Positions 63,301 to 64,000 of a stretch of DNA of 64,000 nucleotides are shown piece after piece; positions within the stretch are counted from its first letter, which is position 1, and each line of letters starts with the position of its first letter. The notes under the pieces are model-generated. The model saw only the letters and a list, made by a program, of their open reading frames with translations, did not search any database and was not told where the DNA came from. The stretch spans positions 7,688,001 through 7,752,000 of the forward strand of contig JBHGNT010000008.1 of NCBI GenBank assembly GCA_043228905.1. The letters are read 5' to 3'. Source of the DNA: Azolla caroliniana (taxonomy: Eukaryota; Plantae; Polypodiophyta). The position numbers and the translations under genes were made by a program.

Positions 63301-64000
63301 AGGGAATGGAATCTGATGTAGTTATACAGATGATTCCATGCGTGTTTCTTTCAACCATGAAACTTGAAATTTGAAACTCTCAAACTCGTTTTGACACATT
63401 TCTCTGACATTATGTATAATAAAGTACAGTGCAATACATTTACAAAGAAGTGATATCAAGTGATGAAATAATATTGTAACTATGGCATTAAACAATACAG
63501 TTCAGTACATACAATATAATATAATATACAAGCAAGATTTTATAGCTATGGTGCTGTATAATACAATTCAACACATAAATTTATGATGAAAAAAACAATA
63601 CAACTCAACACAGCACAATTTAATAAAATCATGACAAGAAATGAGGCAAGATTTTGGAACTACAGTGTTGAATGATACAACACAATACAAAAATTTATGA
63701 AGAACAACTGACCCAAAAGGATGAGTGCTTACATGAGTATGATCCAAATGGCAACGAAACTTAGAGCTTTCATCATCGAGAACCGCCGTTTTCTTACGCT
63801 TTGAAACTGTTGGTTTGCTCGGCTCGAAAACCACAGTCTTCCCGCACTGATCTAATGTGAGAATTGCAATGGCGGGAACAAGGGGGGACCACGAAAGGGG
63901 AAATTCTTTAGAAGGAGGAGAATGCAAAAGAGGAGGGGGGGTAGAATGTGACGGAGGGGGAGGAGAAGAAGGAGAAGAAGGAGAAGAGAAAGGAGGAGGA
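40798..64000 (-). CDS. Chimeric PRMT4/CARM1 N-terminus + MULE (MUSTANG-like) transposase gene, 9 exons, 5'-partial: 63733->64000, 54392-54460, 47146-47236, 45999-46136, 45728-45813, 43850-43945, 43707-43776, 42492-42615, 40798-42376
   Basis: All eight introns are GT-AG with matching phases (0,0,1,1,0,0,1,2). The spliced frame is stop-free for 2520 nt including the stop (839 aa visible). Exons 1-7 follow plant PRMT4 order; exons 8-9 are a MULE transposase. Confidence 0.82.
42492..42615 (-). CDS. Exon 8, start of the MuDR DNA-binding domain
   Basis: tgcag|VGPGMLQQGSIWASLEALKMEVKDHAISHHVELRVLKADKKR|gtaagc. The phase-1 acceptor fits exon 7 and the phase-2 donor fits exon 9. A second in-frame acceptor lies 9 nt downstream. 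Confidence 0.8.
42915..43235 (-). mobile_element. LINE 3'-end fragment in intron 7
   Basis: Matches the 3' ends at 48175-48520 and 52440-52785; (TTTC)n tail. Confidence 0.85.
43707..43776 (-). CDS. Exon 7, PRMT motif II and start of the double-E loop (E>A)
   Basis: catag|VFRGKVEEVETPEKSDMSISAPM|gtaagt; compare VIKGKIEDIELPEKADVLISEPMG. Confidence 0.9.
43850..43945 (-). CDS. Exon 6, PRMT post-I motif
   Basis: aacag|PGAKYVYSTEASGMSEQAKPIADNPGLSSAIT|gtaggt; compare AGAKHVYAVEASEMAEYA. Confidence 0.9.
44388..44755. repeat. Diverged tandem duplication (about 194 bp) in intron 5
   Basis: AAATATCCTA.TGCTT.GATACT...AAACCTGTAAAATATACA occurs twice. Confidence 0.8.
45728..45813 (-). CDS. Exon 5, PRMT SAM-binding motif I
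   Basis: tacag|AILANPNFQGRVVVDVGAGGGILSLFASQ|gtaatg. Confidence 0.92.
45999..46136 (-). CDS. Exon 4, PRMT4 YFxxY helix region
   Basis: aacag|DDKFANGA...SSAKLYFHCYGQLLRQQNMLQDYVRT|gtata; near-identical to the CARM1/PRMT4 signature YF..YG.L..QQNM.QDYVRTG. Confidence 0.92.
47146..47236 (-). CDS. Exon 3, PRMT4 N-terminal domain
   Basis: ctatag|AAFTSAFAVCFKSEEASNSLFTAFHEWKST|gtatc; resembles SFSRGVVIKF..E.DS..F...FEEWK. Confidence 0.75.
47820..50050 (-). mobile_element. Cluster of 5'-truncated LINE 3' fragments in intron 2 (best copy 48175-48780)
   Basis: LGLFSLELKRHRELL; shared 3' UTR; (TTTC)n tail at 48175-48198. Confidence 0.85.
51083..51233. repeat. 75-bp tandem duplication
   Basis: CTGACAA.GAAGACAGTGAG...CAACTGCCC occurs twice. 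Confidence 0.92.
51420..52785 (+). mobile_element. LINE ORF2 C-terminus and 3' UTR (RTEX-like)
   Basis: GQLRTSSHQL.IEVGRY...ICQLCHQGVESEEHYVCHC zinc knuckle; (TTTC)n tail. Confidence 0.85.
52790..53054. mobile_element. LTR fragment related to 24591-25172 and 28314-29225
   Basis: Ends CTTCCCATCCGGAGGGACCTGTTTCCCAACA; shares ATTTACA.ATATAGCC. Confidence 0.7.
54392..54460 (-). CDS. Exon 2, PRMT4 N-terminal domain
   Basis: ttctag|VYKMGPSTQIWMVDHSSISSTSK|gtaatg; resembles recalled plant PRMT4 LFKLGP...SISSAKE. Confidence 0.75.
55850..60340 (+). mobile_element. Composite RTEX-like LINE in intron 1: older RT remnant 55850-56480, ORF1 end 56490-56790, APE endonuclease + RT 56797-59135, second 3' piece 59136-60340
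   Basis: IYLDDDLT (ORF1); WNCNG, LLGDFNAR, STIDY (APE); FVDFRKAFD, KQGCPLSPTLF, LYADV (RT); RTRSHRLGIE..VEDECHLLFTC; (ATTCTA)n tail. Clade call is inference. Confidence 0.88.
60780..60930 (+). mobile_element. Highly decayed copia RNase H remnant
   Basis: YDSQS...HTKHIKVQYH. Confidence 0.5.
61220..63320 (+). mobile_element. LINE fragments in intron 1 (3' end 61220-62080; decayed RT-to-C-terminal piece 62100-63320)
   Basis: Same family as 51420-52785; FVDFRKA motif; (TTTC)n tail at about 62067-62080. Confidence 0.8.
63733..64000 (-). CDS. Exon 1 (partial): Pro/Ser-rich N-terminus and start of the PRMT4 PH-like domain
   Basis: Frame open to the window edge (PPPFSSPSSPSSPPPPSHSTPPPLLHSPPSKEFPL...FRCHLDHTH). 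Donor CAT|GTAAGC is phase 0 and fits exon 2. Confidence 0.65.

Noticed and set aside
38767-64000. Intact functional PRMT4 gene with an intronic transposon
   Set aside because: The downstream exons carry stops and frameshifts, and the double-E Glu is mutated.

Overview
Eukaryotic land-plant DNA; the TE lineages and long TE-filled introns suggest a fern or other seed-free plant (inference). Bases 1-36.7 kb are a multi-layer nest of defective LTR retrotransposons whose insertion order can be read from target-site duplications (TSDs). An Athila-like Ty3/gypsy element (about 3906-32953, -) holds a Ty1/copia element (4842-20630, -). The copia holds a Tcn1-like chromovirus (13242-20079, +), which holds a solo LTR (13963-15014). 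Bases 38.7-64 kb carry the main finding, a minus-strand spliced gene. Its first seven exons are the N-terminal half of PRMT4/CARM1 (PH-like domain plus SAM-binding Rossmann motifs). They splice in frame, through canonical GT-AG sites, onto a complete Mutator-like (MULE/MUSTANG-type) transposase, giving more than 839 aa with exon 1 running off the window. Catalytic residues are altered in both halves (SEPMG>SAPMG; ISDRQ>ISERQ; CxxH>CMWR), while SAM-binding and zinc/DNA-binding motifs are kept. The original 3' PRMT4 exons lie downstream as decayed pseudo-exons. This looks like a host-transposase fusion gene analogous to SETMAR or CSB-PGBD3. Secondary findings are Tf1-type self-priming, heat-shock elements and tRNA-like modules in LTRs, 4-bp-TSD LTR elements, and extra ORFs downstream of integrase. 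All assignments come from reading the sequence by eye against recalled family motifs; no searches were run.
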